Source: Intoshia linei (lineage: Eukaryota; Animalia; Orthonectida). From it: a stretch of 64,000 bases of DNA. Where the stretch lies: contig LWCA01000013.1 in assembly GCA_001642005.1 (NCBI GenBank), positions 1-64,000 on the forward strand, written 5' to 3'. The position numbers and the translations under genes are program-made. The notes under the pieces were generated by a model. It had not been told where the DNA came from and did no database searches. It worked only from the letters and a program-made list of their open reading frames with translations. Shown one piece after another: positions 50,901 through 63,833 of the stretch (position 1 is the first letter of the stretch; every line of letters starts with the position of its first letter).

Positions 50901-53900
50901 TTCAAGTTTCTGTACATGCATTTCAGGATATTTCCGCGCTAAAGACGAATCATTAGAATCGAAATGTTCTAGTAATATTTAATTATCATACGTTTCAATT
51001 TAATATTAAATGTAAAAAATTAATTAGTAAATTAGTAAAGTAATTAGAAAATATAAAAAATTTATAGATCCGCCATCTGCTGTACAAAATCTTAATGTAT
51101 TGTTTTTCGATAAATTGCCAAATAATTCAATAAACTCGGTGTATGCATCACATGAAATTGAAGATGTAAATGACATGTCGAAGGCAATGATTAAATGGGA
51201 TCCACCGGTAGATAGTGGTGGTAGAAACGACATAACATATTCGGTAATTTGTTCCAACTGTGACAGTTCAATTGAATTTTTACCCTCCATTGATATGCTT
51301 AAATCCACAAGGTATAACATTTATTTTATGTACTGCATTATTATATTGTAACATCATTTTGTTAACAACAAAGAGTACAATGTACATAAAACTATTGAAT
51401 CATTCTAAAATCTCACGAGATTAAAAGCTGCTTTAATCATTTATTAATTTACGCTAATTTTTTCGAAATCTTTACATTTTGTATTTACATAGATTATTGT
51501 ATACAAAAATGATAAATAAATTAAATTAATTTATCAAACGCTTAAAAGTAGTTTTATCATACATGATTACTTCTTTAATTTACCCTAATGTTTAAACTTG
51601 AATGATTTAATGTTTTATAAAACGCCTCAAGAAACTTTATATTTTATGTAGTGTTATCATCAAAAATTTGAAACCAAATCGTTTATATTCTCTCAAAATT
51701 GTTTCTCAAAATGGAGTATCTGATGTTAGTAATTTGGTTTCTTATGCTAAAATTGACCTCAAAACTACTTTGGAAGGTAATTAATTTACATAAACGTAAA
51801 TGTAGTAAATTTATTAATACATGTTAATATATTCTACAAATAGATAATTAATAAAATACTCTAAATTGAATTTTTGGCTCCACTGTTCATTTTCATTTAT
51901 GAATTACATATACTAATTTGCGCCTTTTTTCATTACTATGTTTTCAACAGGTAATATTTGATAATTTCTATAGCTATTATCATTTTTTTATTGTTATCGT
52001 ATTTGTGCAGACATTTTTCAAAACATTACTAAAATGACAGACTGATTCTTAATTAATCACGTTAGTCATTTTATCTGTTCATTTCACAATAATTTCAAGA
52101 TTAAATATAGCCATACCAATATAAAATGGTTCTTTTTATGTATATTTATCAATATATTAATGTACTCATTATCATAAATTATAGCTATCAATACCATTCA
52201 AAATTTTGAAATTGAACTGTTAAAGAAAGGGTTTATAATGTTGAAATGGACCAAATCGAATAAATATGAAAAATATGAAATTCGATGTCAAAAATTTATC
52301 AATTTCACTTATGAAAATGTCAATACATTTCAAAACGCATCCAGAAATGAAAAATTTGAAAATGTTTTAACAACAAACAATTTTGCCAATTATACCGTTG
52401 AGCCTTACTATTATTATGCATTTGAGGTAAATTGTGTCAAATTAAATTAAATTAAATTAAAACGTTAACGTTAACACACTAAACCAGCGTTACCAAAATG
52501 TCGGTTCGTGAAAAAATTTTACCGGTCTGCGAAATAATTTTGAAAAAACTTTTTACTAATTACAACTTTTAATTTAAAAATCGATTTTTACGTTTTTTAT
52601 CAAATTTTTTTAACGTTGCTTAGTAATTTTGCTTTAATGATCCGCGATAAATGTTATAATTTATTACCGGTCCGGTTCGATGAAAAAAATGTGCAAACCC
52701 CTCCACTAAACTTAGTGTGTTAATTTAATTTATTTAAAAAGGAATTTTTTTGAAAATGACAAAATCACCCTAAAAATTTTATAAAACCAATATTATGTAC
52801 CTTAAAAATGAACTAAATGAACATTTTTTAAAAAAATTTAATTTTTGACTAGGAGGGATGAAACCTTTTTGTGTATAACTATTTTCTATACATTGTAATT
52901 GTAAAAATTTTAATTTTAGATTCGAGGTCTACTCAATACCAAAAACAAATGGTGGTCCAAATTTTCTGAACCAATTGTTATTTATTGTGACTCTAAAGGT
53001 ATGTATTTTCTATGTTAGAATTTATATAAACGGTAAAATACACATACAAACCACATTTAAATGCTTGGCTACAAAACACAGGTCACAACTACGAAAAGTT
53101 ATTTCATATACATGTAGTTAAGTTGAGTTAATAAGTTAGAAAAAATATTCTTTTTATGAAAGAAATATCGCGTAATTCTTTATCTTATTGACCTAACATT
53201 TTAACTTGGTATGACATTAATCGATTCAATGTCTTATCAAGGTTCAATTAGAAGGTAGTTACCCTATCAAACCTAAGTTTTTTAAATTACATTAAATTTA
53301 CTTTATTATTTAGGTTACGTAAAATTCCAAGAAAGCATAATTCATGCAAATTACCACATTATAACAATATCGGCCGTCGTATTTGTTATTTTAATTATTA
53401 TTGGTGTCATTTTACTGAAATGTTTTTTTAAAAAACGTAAAAACAAAAAAGACTGTATTCAAAAATATAACGTGTCAATGGTTATGGGAGAATCTGGATC
53501 AATTATCCCTGTTGTAAGCTTAGACAAGGGATTTAACCAACAGACTGGTATGATTACACGAGAAAATTTGTCATTGAAAAAAGAAAATAAAAGCATTTAC
53601 TCTTCCTTGGAAAATTATTATAATTTTAATGAATTAAATTGCGGCATTAAAACGTTTGAAAAATCAAGCGTCAATTTTATTTATCCAGATTCTTATACCT
53701 CACTTAAGGAAGCTCTTAATTCTCATTTTGTGGAACTTAATCATACGGATTACAGCATTATTTCTGTCATTCAATCAGGTAAATATTTTTGTCATTTGGT
53801 AATTATTGTAATTTAGGAATATTTGGAAATTTATGTAAAGGAAAAATAAATAAAGCCAATGGAAATTGTACTTTATATGAACAACTTGTTGCAATAAAAC

Positions 53901-56741
53901 TTTTGAGAAAAGATTATACTGACAAAGAATATTTTAATGAAGCTGTCATTATGAAGCAGTTTAATCATCCAAATATTTATTCCATCGTTGGAGTCATTTT
54001 TTCTGGTAATTATTTATCATTATTAAAATTTTTTTAATTTTGAGATGAAGGTTTTGATTTTAAAATTTAATAATGGTATACTGCAGAGTTCAGTGACGTA
54101 CGGATAGCAGATATGTTTTTAAAATTTTTTATTCTTATTATTATTAATATTATCATTTTTTTTATCATAAACATGGTACAATGTATTTTCAAGGAATGAA
54201 GTAATTTTAAATTTATTAATTTAGTTCATCCTCGAATGTGCGTGTATGAATACATGGTGAACGGATTATTGAGTGAATTTTTGATGGTAATATTTATTTT
54301 TTAATGTAAATGTTTAGTTTAATTATTCAATTTAGAAATTTGAACATAAATTATCCGACAATGTAAAAATGAGGTTTGTGATCAATATAACGGAAGCTTT
54401 GCTTTATTTTGAAAAAATTGGATTTTTATATAAGGTATTTCAATTATAAAGTTTTACCTACGATCCACCCGCAGGATAAGGGCAAAGCGAGTTAAACATT
54501 TTAATTTAAATATTTTTTTAATAATTTAATTACATTAATTGTTAAAAATAATGTTTGTGTAATTATGAATATATGGAAAATGGGAGAGAATAATGTGCAA
54601 TGACCAGTGGTTATGAAGCATGATTAGGCTTTTTTTATTGACCTTAAATTAAATAATTATTTAATTTACAATTATTAATAATTTGTCTATTATTATAATT
54701 TAATTTTTGAGTTGAAAAAATTAATGTTTTCTACTATGCTACAGTGTGTATTTTTGGGAAAATGTAAATCAATCTCAAGTAAATAAGTTTCAATTTTTAT
54801 AATATAAAAATTATATATTATGAACATATTTTTTATGAACTGCAGAAGGAAATTTCAGAATATATTTTTTCCAAACCTTAAAGTGGAGGGTTTTGTACGA
54901 TTGTTTTAAACCAAACCTTACAGGGGAGGATTTTTACAATATTTTTTACTTAAAGCCATTTCATTGGTTTACATTTATTTTTTTTATATCAATTTTAATA
55001 TAAAGACTATAGAAGTGTATACAGCGTAAGAGTACACCCTAATTTTATTCTGTATTTTTAATAAATTTTTTTTATTACATTTCATGCAACATTGGCATAT
55101 TTTTTGTAAGAATCTACAAAAAACACCTTTTCAAATTTGAGTACAGATTAATTCCAATAGATACACTGGTAGAAATTTATTTATGGAACAGGGTTTCGCA
55201 AAACCGAATCTACCATACTAGAGACCCTCTTCGGTGGATAAATAGGCTGACTCGTCGGAATTATTTTAAAATGGTGGATTAATTTTAGAGAAATTGAATT
55301 TTTTTGACTTTTAAATAATGACTAGTTACAACTGACTAACATTTGTTTTAGATGCATTTTCTCGTATTTTATTCTACATTAAAAAAAGTTGACTTAAAAA
55401 TTTTTTAGGATTTACGGATTAGCAAAATTTTTTTAAATGACGAGACGGTAGGGCACTTAATTACAACTTTTGAGTAAACGGTAGAAATTGTAATTTGTTA
55501 GATTTTAATTTCAATTCTAAATTAATTTACATGATAAAATTATGATTATACATTGGTGATTTTTAATCAAAAAAATAAAACTTAACCGAGACTTTAAAAT
55601 TTATTATCTGAAAAATTTTATAAAATGTAATTTTAAATTAATAATAGTTTCAGATTAAATAAAAGTAATTTTGTGATAATATTTTAATAAAATCGTAAAT
55701 CTAACGTGTCCACTTTTTTAAATTCGATACGAACCATATTCCAGATAATTATAATTTCGACTAATTGACAAAATTTAGAATTTAAACACAAAAAATGTAT
55801 ACATGAATGGATATTTGCAATGTAAAATTGGAAATTTCAAGGAAAGTAAAAATGATGGAATGATGTGGATATGCCCAGAAACATTACTGGGTGATAAGTT
55901 CACCTACAAATCAAATGTGTGGAAACTGGGTGTATTAATATGGGATATTTGGTCTTACGGTAAACTGTCGACATTAAACATTCCCCAAAAATCATATGAA
56001 AACGATTTCATCAAACCAGTAAACACTGAAACCAAACCGCAAATATTTTTAATTCGATCCAAACAGACTCTACTCGTAACTAGCTTAAAACCAAACCAAT
56101 ACTTTGGAGAACTAGAACCAGTGTATTGTCTTACAAACGAAAAAGTTGAAATATCTGAAATTTTAAAAAAATGTTGCAACATAAACAGTAAAGACAGAAT
56201 GAATTTACAATCAATACAAGCAATTTTGGAAAATACGATTTTTAAAAATTCTCATAAATTTGACATTCATAAGGATAATTATTATTACAAGTTATCTCCA
56301 ATTCTTTCAAACCTGAAAGAATCTTCATACATGAATAATTTGGATGGAATATTGGACGTATTGTCATTTTTGGGCCTCAATTTTTACATTACCAATTTCA
56401 TATCTCAAAAAATTGACAATCTGTCAAAATTTGCACGCTTGCACAATTCTATTGAAAACGTTTTCCAACTCTTACAAATTTATGATACTGATCATCAAAA
56501 TACACTTTCTCATTTAGTGTCATTCATAAGTGATTTTCGAAAAAATTACGAAATCAACAACGATATAACTAAAGAATACAAAAACTTTCAACATCCGGAT
56601 ACATCCTTTTTTGATAATACAAATTCAAAAACAGACACTTCGTCGAAATGTACAAATTCTACAAACTCGGAACTTTTCTATAATGAAAATATTGACTTTC
56701 AGTTTGACAATCAAATTTCAAATCAAGTCAAAATTATATAA
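47908..56741 (+). CDS. Eph: Eph receptor (LBD, Cys-rich, 2x FN3, TM, pseudokinase, SAM, PDZ-binding tail); signal-peptide exon not located
   Basis: Exons 47908-48065, 48860-49568, ~50819-50971, ~51069-51311, ~51653-51777, ~52185-52426, ~52920-52998, ~53314-53778, 53817-54005, ~54224-54285, 54336-54434, 55779-56741. Motifs NWLRVPFV, CKESFSMYY, LAFLDKGACVAI, YAMFPET, CQCLPGFEP, KWDPPVDSGGRNDITYSVIC, VAIK, EAVIMKQFNHPNI, SAM-like LSFLGLNFYITNF, C-terminus QVKII. Confidence 0.93.
49650..49975. mobile_element. Inverted-repeat MITE-like element in an Eph intron
   Basis: CATCTTAGAGCGACATAATCATCGATTTT (~49664) is inverted as AAAATTGATGATTATGTCGCTTTAAGATG (~49947); outer boundaries uncertain. Confidence 0.55.
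50316..50615 (+). mobile_element. hAT MITE (CAGGGGTCGGCAAC family) with perfect 8-bp TSD
   Basis: CCTTAAAG|TAGGAGTCGGCAAC ... GTGCCGACCCCTG|CCTTAAAG. Confidence 0.88.
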
Positions 56742-56797
56742 CTTTTATAAAAAAATTATACAGGGTGATTGTTAATTTTGTGTATATTAAATTTTCA

Positions 56798-59700
56798 TTA
56801 AATATTGTTGAATGAATCGGTAGATTGGCTACAAGTTGAGTCTATATTGTATCGGTTTAAATTTCTTGGTTTCAATGTTCTTTGGATTAGATCAGTGGCT
56901 TCTCTTTTTAATGTATGCAACTGTCCTAATGGAGACATTCGTTTCGTTGTAATTATACTTTCTTGCTGATTTTCGTTGATGTAAAATTTTTTTGATCGTT
57001 TCTTTGAATTGCGGATTTGTATGTTTATCATCATTTTCAACATTATACCCATTATGCAACCAAATAAAAAGACAAAACATATTACTATATAATTAAATTT
57101 GTGGGTTTCAATGCAATCTGATTTTAAAATTTCACTTTTATCCTTTTTTACACTGTTACGTTTCCAATGTTTTCCCATTTTTAATGATTTTAAATCCTAA
57201 TTTTTAATTTTTTAAAATAATAAATAAAAAATACTCTTGTCAAATTATTAAAGCTTTGGATTGGTGCTAGTGTTGAGTTGAACTTTTTCAAATTCTTTGT
57301 ATTATTTTTTGATGCAATCGTTGTAGCTTAAATTTATCATTAAAAATTTAAAGAATAAGAAAATACATAAACTCAAAATAAGCTAATTAAAATCAGTTAC
57401 AATTAATTGACCATTGAGCAGAAAAAAAATAAAAATATCAATCAGTTAGAGCGGATTCATAGGACTAATTGAATGGTTAAATAAATACTAGTGATTGTGC
57501 CGGGACAAAATTTCCGAATTTTCGGATTTTTACGATTTCCCGAAAAAAATTGAGACATACCTGTATTTGATTTATGTTTGTTATTAATATGAAAATATGA
57601 TTATATTATAATATTTAAAATTTACCATTTCAAAAATCCCACCACTAATAAATTTAATCAAAAATACCATTTCAAGCCCTCATGGAAACATTGTGTTACA
57701 CCGATATTTTCAAAAATACAATTTTACGAAATCTTATGAAAAAAATCCACTTCATCAAACCACAAATAAAAAATCTTATTTTCCAGCCCATAATGGAAAA
57801 ATATCCTTTTTCCAATACTTTTTTTAAAAACCTCTTATTCCAACCACAAATTGCTAACGCTTAAGGGAATTATCCTCTTTTTCCAATATTATTTTGAAAA
57901 ATATTATGAGTAGTTACAAACTGGAACGCTATCATCAAGATTGTTAAAATTAAAGGAAGCCCTTATGACCGTTCAACCTACGTGCACACAAAATGAAAGA
58001 AATTTCTCTACTGCTTCTAATTTCGTTGCAAAACGTAGAACGAGTTTAAAAGACGAATCTATCAATATTATGTGTTTTGAAAAACTTTTTCAACAATCTA
58101 AAATAAATAAATTTTTTTGCTAATTAAATTTGTAAATTTCAATCTAGATTCGTGTTATGTCATTAATTAAATTTCTTTTTGTTTCTAAAATTAATTAAGG
58201 TCTCTAAAATTTTTTATTTTTCCCGGGAAATCACAATCACTAATAAATACCTGCATAATTAATGATACATGAAAATGAAAATTACGTATGGTAACATTCT
58301 TAATTTCTTTGATAAATCTTGATTTGAAATTTGATAATTTAAATAACAAATTATTAAAATTTGACACATTATTATCAGGTATGATTGTGTTGCATTTTGA
58401 GTTGGTTTTATTTACATTTATTGAAAAGGTTAAATTAGTTCCAATTCGTTTTTTATTTTTCTGGCTTAAATTAACTTCATATTTCAAAATCAAATTTGGA
58501 AAAAACAAATATTCAGAATAAAGATTCTAATAATAAACTGTATGTATAATATCTAAAAATAAACTATAAACGTGAGGCTGTAGGTCCACGGGAACTGAAA
58601 ATTTTCGTTCCTGAAAAAACCCGTAAATACCCATAGAGTTTAGTATAAAAACTAAACGTATGCACGCTTACAATCTCAATTGAAAGTTTTTATATAAATT
58701 ATAATTATATACCTTTCTAAATTGAGAAACATGCAAATTCAAATCCAAAACACCAGTTGAGTTAATAAAAGTATAACTATAAAACATGAATTTTTTTTTA
58801 CATTCAGATAATTGAATACGATTCAAAATTAGTTTCGTAATATTCTTCTGGACATTAGAACATGTCGACAAAATGTATACTTTAATCATATTGAATATTT
58901 CATCATAAATTATATATCGCATAAACTGCAATCTGAAATCATTATAGTAAATATAAAAGTAGTTATCAACAGGGCGGTATGCCAACAATGGGCTGAGTAA
59001 ATCAAAAATGGTAGACTCTTGTAAACGTATAAAAATTTAAAAAAAATTGATTCTTCTATTTTTAATCCAATTAGTCAATCTCTTCTTCAGCATAACCCTG
59101 CTGAAGTAAAATTTCGTCTCACCAAGAAATTTTTTTTAACATATTAGTCTATTAATTTAGAATATAAGCCATCATATGACCTAACCCTCTACACGGCCTG
59201 GCTTTAGTACAATGTAATATTTAGATAAATACTTGACTGATGATTCATAAATTATTAAACAGGGAATATTGTTGTTTTTTTCAGAATTTAATTGACTAAC
59301 TTTAAATTTATCCAAATCCAAATAACAAATAAATCTTTTACTTTTTCTACATTGATAAAATCATATAATTAGACAAATCAAAATAAATGAAAAGTAGAAT
59401 ACAATGTAATATAAAGTAGTATACTTTAATGATTTAGTAACTACAGTGTTTGTCAACGTGGATGGCCAGTCACCCTTTAGTGTAGCAAGATATTTTTAAA
59501 TTTTATTGCAATTACTGCATCCATTAAAATATGGCATGACGTAGATAAGGATGTTATTCCCATGCTCACCAATTACCTCTCTGTTACATTGTAGTATCGC
59601 ATCTTTAAGACTATACGTCTGGGGCCCGAGATTCAAATAAAATATAAAAAAATTTTTATAGGATAATTTTTAATATTTATTACAGAGTTGCCAGATGTTG

Positions 59701-62700
59701 GAATTTATTCCAAAGCCCCGACGACCGCTACATTGTTATTTCAAAAATCCCACTTTTATCCCACCATTAATAAAATTTAATAAAAAATACCATTTCAACC
59801 CTCGGATAAATCGACTTTTACATTTATTTTTTGAAAAACACGATTTTACCAAAACTTATGAGAAACTTTAATTTTATATTATAAATGTTTTATATTTACT
59901 GTTTCGTTTAGGCAAAAAAATATAATTTTGAAAAATGTCCATAGCAGGGATTGGAATTAATTGGTAAAAATTATTGAAAAATAATCAATTAATTGTTTGT
60001 TCAAAAATTATTTTTTAATTAATTCAAGATTGATAACAATATCAATCATTTTTAAAAAACTGTCATGTAGTTATAATGAATACTAGAATGCTGTTTGTTC
60101 GAAGTACATAAAAGTCAAGCTAGTAGGTTAAATACATCATTTTTCTGTTCATTAATTAATTTTTTCATCCAACCATTCGTCAATAAAAGGATTCAGTTTA
60201 TATCTTTTCAGTTATATAAAAAAAACCAATTATTTGAAAAATTAATATTTAGCAAACAATTAATTGGTTTATACAAAATAATTGATTGCAATCAATTATT
60301 TCTAATCCCTGGTCCGTAGTACAGACTCTGTACATTATTTTAATCGGGAACCACTGCATTACACGGTACTGACTAGTCTTTCAAATTTAAACTTTTCCTC
60401 GGCTTTACCCTTAACTAACTGTATTGTTGTGCGTGTAGCGAGAAAATTTTATGGCGTACCATATGGTGTAGGCCAATTTATTTGGCTCTGTCGTACACAA
60501 ATGACTACATTCATGATTTAGTACCAATAAAACCAAAACAAATTAAGATAAATAATTACAAAGTTTCTTGATGAATTTTAATCAAAATTAATAAGCTGTC
60601 TTTATATTCCAAAACATTTAATATTTCAAAATTTTTAAATTGTCTAGTTTTGTATACAACAACAATTTTTTTTAATTTATTGAATTTACTCGTCTAAGTT
60701 TTGTTAAATTTATAATACGACAAATTTAAAAAATTACCAAATTAGTCATTTGTAAGAAATATTCAAGGTTCATATTTGACTAATTAAAAAATATTTAATA
60801 ATATCAAATAAAATTACATTTCCAATGACGTAAATTAAAAAAATTGAATTATTTTTCGAAAATGAATAAACGTGTAAACTTTCTAAATGTAAATTTAGAA
60901 TTTAGACTGGAGTATTTTTAATATATTCATGTTACCGTCAGTTTGCAATTTCAGTAAATATGAAGAAATATGGCGTAGTTATGGTTCTCATATTGAGATT
61001 CTCAACTTAATTAATTTTTTTAAATTTAATAGAGGAGTTTATAACTATAATATAATTATAATATAACCTAGTCTGGTGCCATGATTGAAAATCTTGATAA
61101 AATTAATTCAATCAGACGATAACATATACAACTATTTATATCTAAAATTACTTGAAACTGTTCTTCTTTGGTACAGTAAACTGGGTTTAAAATGAGAATT
61201 ATTGTCAGAAATTTCAAAGGCATACATTATATTTTTTCGGTTAAACCATCTAGTATAAATATATACACGTTTATCTTTTGAACGTTCGATAAAAGTCCAT
61301 GTGTAACTTTCATAGAATCTTTTTGTCAATATATTGACATTGCTGAAATCTTTGTCAATGATTATCAATTTTGAGGTCTAAATAATTAAAATTAAACAAT
61401 GTAAATTATAAAATGTACATACCAGCGGTAAAGCAGTGGAACTGGGCCAGATGAAATCTATTGCCTTATATAAAATTTATCAATTATAAAAGTTTTTTAA
61501 ACGTGGTTAATTAAATTATACAAATCGAATTTTATAAAAATAAATTTCGTATATTCATAGATTTATGTGTAAAATTTACCAACAAAAGATTTTGCAAGTA
61601 GGTACTAGGCACTATATCATGAAACTATTATCCATATAATTAATTTCGCGACACTTAAGGGTATTTCATGTGCCGCCTTATGAGCCAAGGTAAACCGTTT
61701 TGAAAAGTCGGTATATTCAAAAATGTTAATATTTTAATAAATAAATATAACCTACCAATTGAGCATAGTTTAAAACGACGCACATAGGTTTCATAGAACA
61801 AGTTCCACATAATATAATTTTATCTTGATTTGGATAATCTAATGCAAATAAAACGTCATTGTAGCAATTTTTCTAAAATTTTATTAAAATTACAATCATA
61901 AAAATGTATTCATAATATGGATTCCATATTTATTACATTTAAAATTAGAGCTTTTAAAAAGTGGGTTAAAATTAAACACATTTAATGTATTACAATTTGC
62001 TACGATTTTTCGGTTTTTAAAGTCATTTTATGGATTCGCATTATTTTCTATTTGAGGACGATTCCAGTATCCCACCATCTTCTAGTTTAACAATTTCTTA
62101 TAATTTCGTAAAAAAATTTTTTTTAATAAAATTTAAATATTAAATCAACAACATTACCATTTTTTTGCTAAAAATTGCAAAAAAAAAACAGAAATTAAGT
62201 TAATTTAGAAAATATCTCCTTTTTTTAAAAAACAGGACGAGAAAAGGATAAAAATAAAGGACTGTCTTTAAATTAATAGACATTTCACCACTCTAATTTC
62301 ATGTAACTTTAAACTTAAAATTATATATTTTTATCATTTCAACCAAATAAATGAAACAATTGATTTGTACCATTTGATTTCCATTTCTCCATAAACAATT
62401 GCTGACATCTTCTGGAGATGAGACCCATTCAATCTCTTTTTCAGTTTTTAGTGTATCCTTATTCAATATGTTAATTTTATTTCTAAATATAACATTAATA
62501 ATAATTATAATTATTATAATTGATTTTTGCAACATGTTCCAATTTTTAAAAGTTCGCGTTCGCATCGTGTTGCAGAACACTAATACATTAGTACTGATCT
62601 ATGCATTGTATAAATGGGCCAATTTTAATTACTGAATCATTTCAGTAACTTTTTTGGCCTTGCTATGGACTATCTATATCTATATATGCCTATATCTGTA

Positions 62701-63833
62701 GACACTAATCATGTTTATATTCAATTGCAATTGACGGGCCGGATAATAAACTTTTTAGCATTTTTTTATTATATAATTGCGCCTTGACATTAGTCATTAG
62801 TGAAAACGAATTTTAAAATAATATTCAATTATCTGGATCTTAGACAGAATATGTTTATTACACACAACTAAAATAACTAAAATATTCAAGGCCTTCCGTT
62901 TAATAAAAGTACTAGCTTGGATGTTTTGTACTTTATACAAACAGCACCTAGCTCGCTGAGGGCGGACATTTTTAATTCTACCAAAAAAGTCATAAAAATG
63001 CTTTTTTGATTGTGAATTTGTTACTTTTTTAGATTAAAATTTTTTTTAAATTCTAGGGCTGTTTTCATTTTATAAAAAAAGGGTAATCTGGGGTTTTGAT
63101 CGATGAAAATAAACCTTTTTGAGGTTTTTATTTATGATAACTCTTATAATTTTAAAATTTATCCTAGAATTTTTGTTGTATGCAATTCTAGGACTTTTTT
63201 CATTTTTATAAAAAAGGATAATTTGATGTTTTGACAAGAAGATATCAGATTTTGAAATGGAAAATAACTATAATGTTGATGATTTTAAAATCGTGACCAG
63301 ATTGTGTATTTTTTATAATACTAGGACGGGTTTGAATTTAAAAAAAGGGGACATTGGGGTTTTAACCTTGAAGGGCTCAATTTATGAGATTAAAATGTAT
63401 CTTACCTTCACCACCAAAACAAACTGTAATAAAAATGTAGTATTTTTAAAATTATATTTTAAAAAATTATAGTGTGTCAATAAGAGTCTATAATAATACT
63501 AATTAAGAATTTAAAATAATTTTTTAAATTTTGACAATGTTTTTTAGAATACGTTTGTTGTGAAATTTTGAAAATAGTTGTAAAAAATTTATAAAGCCTA
63601 GGTAAAGTAGAATAAATTATACTTGAAAATTTTCATTAAAACCGGGCTAAAAATTATTTAACCACACAATTTTAAAAATACTAAATATTAATTGTTACAT
63701 TTTTTAATTAATTTTATAATTGACGGAAATGAAATACAAATAAATTACCTTTGAGTAATAATAAATACATTCAACTTTTCAATAAAAACAACAGAGTGAA
63801 TAATTTCATTAGTTGAACTGTATTCAATTGGAT
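56798..63833 (-). CDS. Highly divergent transmembrane semaphorin-like protein; 5' end lies beyond the window
   Basis: Exons 63749-63833, 62371-62482 and 61756-61872 splice to ...FIITQRNKINILNKDTLKTEKEIEWVSSPEDVSNCLWRNGNQMKNCYNDVLFALDYPNQDKIILCGTCSMKPMC, matching the Sema-domain pattern W.s.......C...G....C.N........l..CGT....P.C. The last exon (ORF 56798-57178) has a TM helix IVICFVFLFGCIMGIMLKMMI and a basic cytoplasmic tail. Linkage of the middle exons is only partly resolved. Confidence 0.65.
57489..58242 (+). mobile_element. Non-autonomous hAT element (754 bp) with perfect TIRs and 8-bp TSD
   Basis: ATAAATAC|TAGTGATTGTG ... CACAATCACTA|ATAAATAC. Remnant LMTVQPTCTQNERNFSTASNFVAKRRTSLKDESINIMCF corresponds to the hAT dimerisation domain. 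Confidence 0.92.
59945..60311. mobile_element. hAT MITE with 8-bp TSD
   Basis: gtccatag|CAGGGATTGGAATTAATTG ... CAATTATTTCTAATCCCTG|gtccgtag (TSD 7/8 identical). Confidence 0.8.
62912..63480 (-). mobile_element. Helitron-family copy in an intron of the semaphorin-like gene
   Basis: CTAG terminus at 62912, hairpin TGTTTTGTAC..ATACAAACA, three ~120-140-bp internal subrepeats. Confidence 0.7.

Noticed and set aside
57682-58123. Two 60-aa ORFs as independent genes
   Set aside because: Both lie inside a TIR/TSD-bounded hAT element; the second is a frameshifted transposase remnant.
62399-62635. Poly-Ile 'transmembrane' ORFs on both strands
   Set aside because: The Ile run derives from an (ATT/ATA)n tract in the intron next to the 62371-62482 exon.
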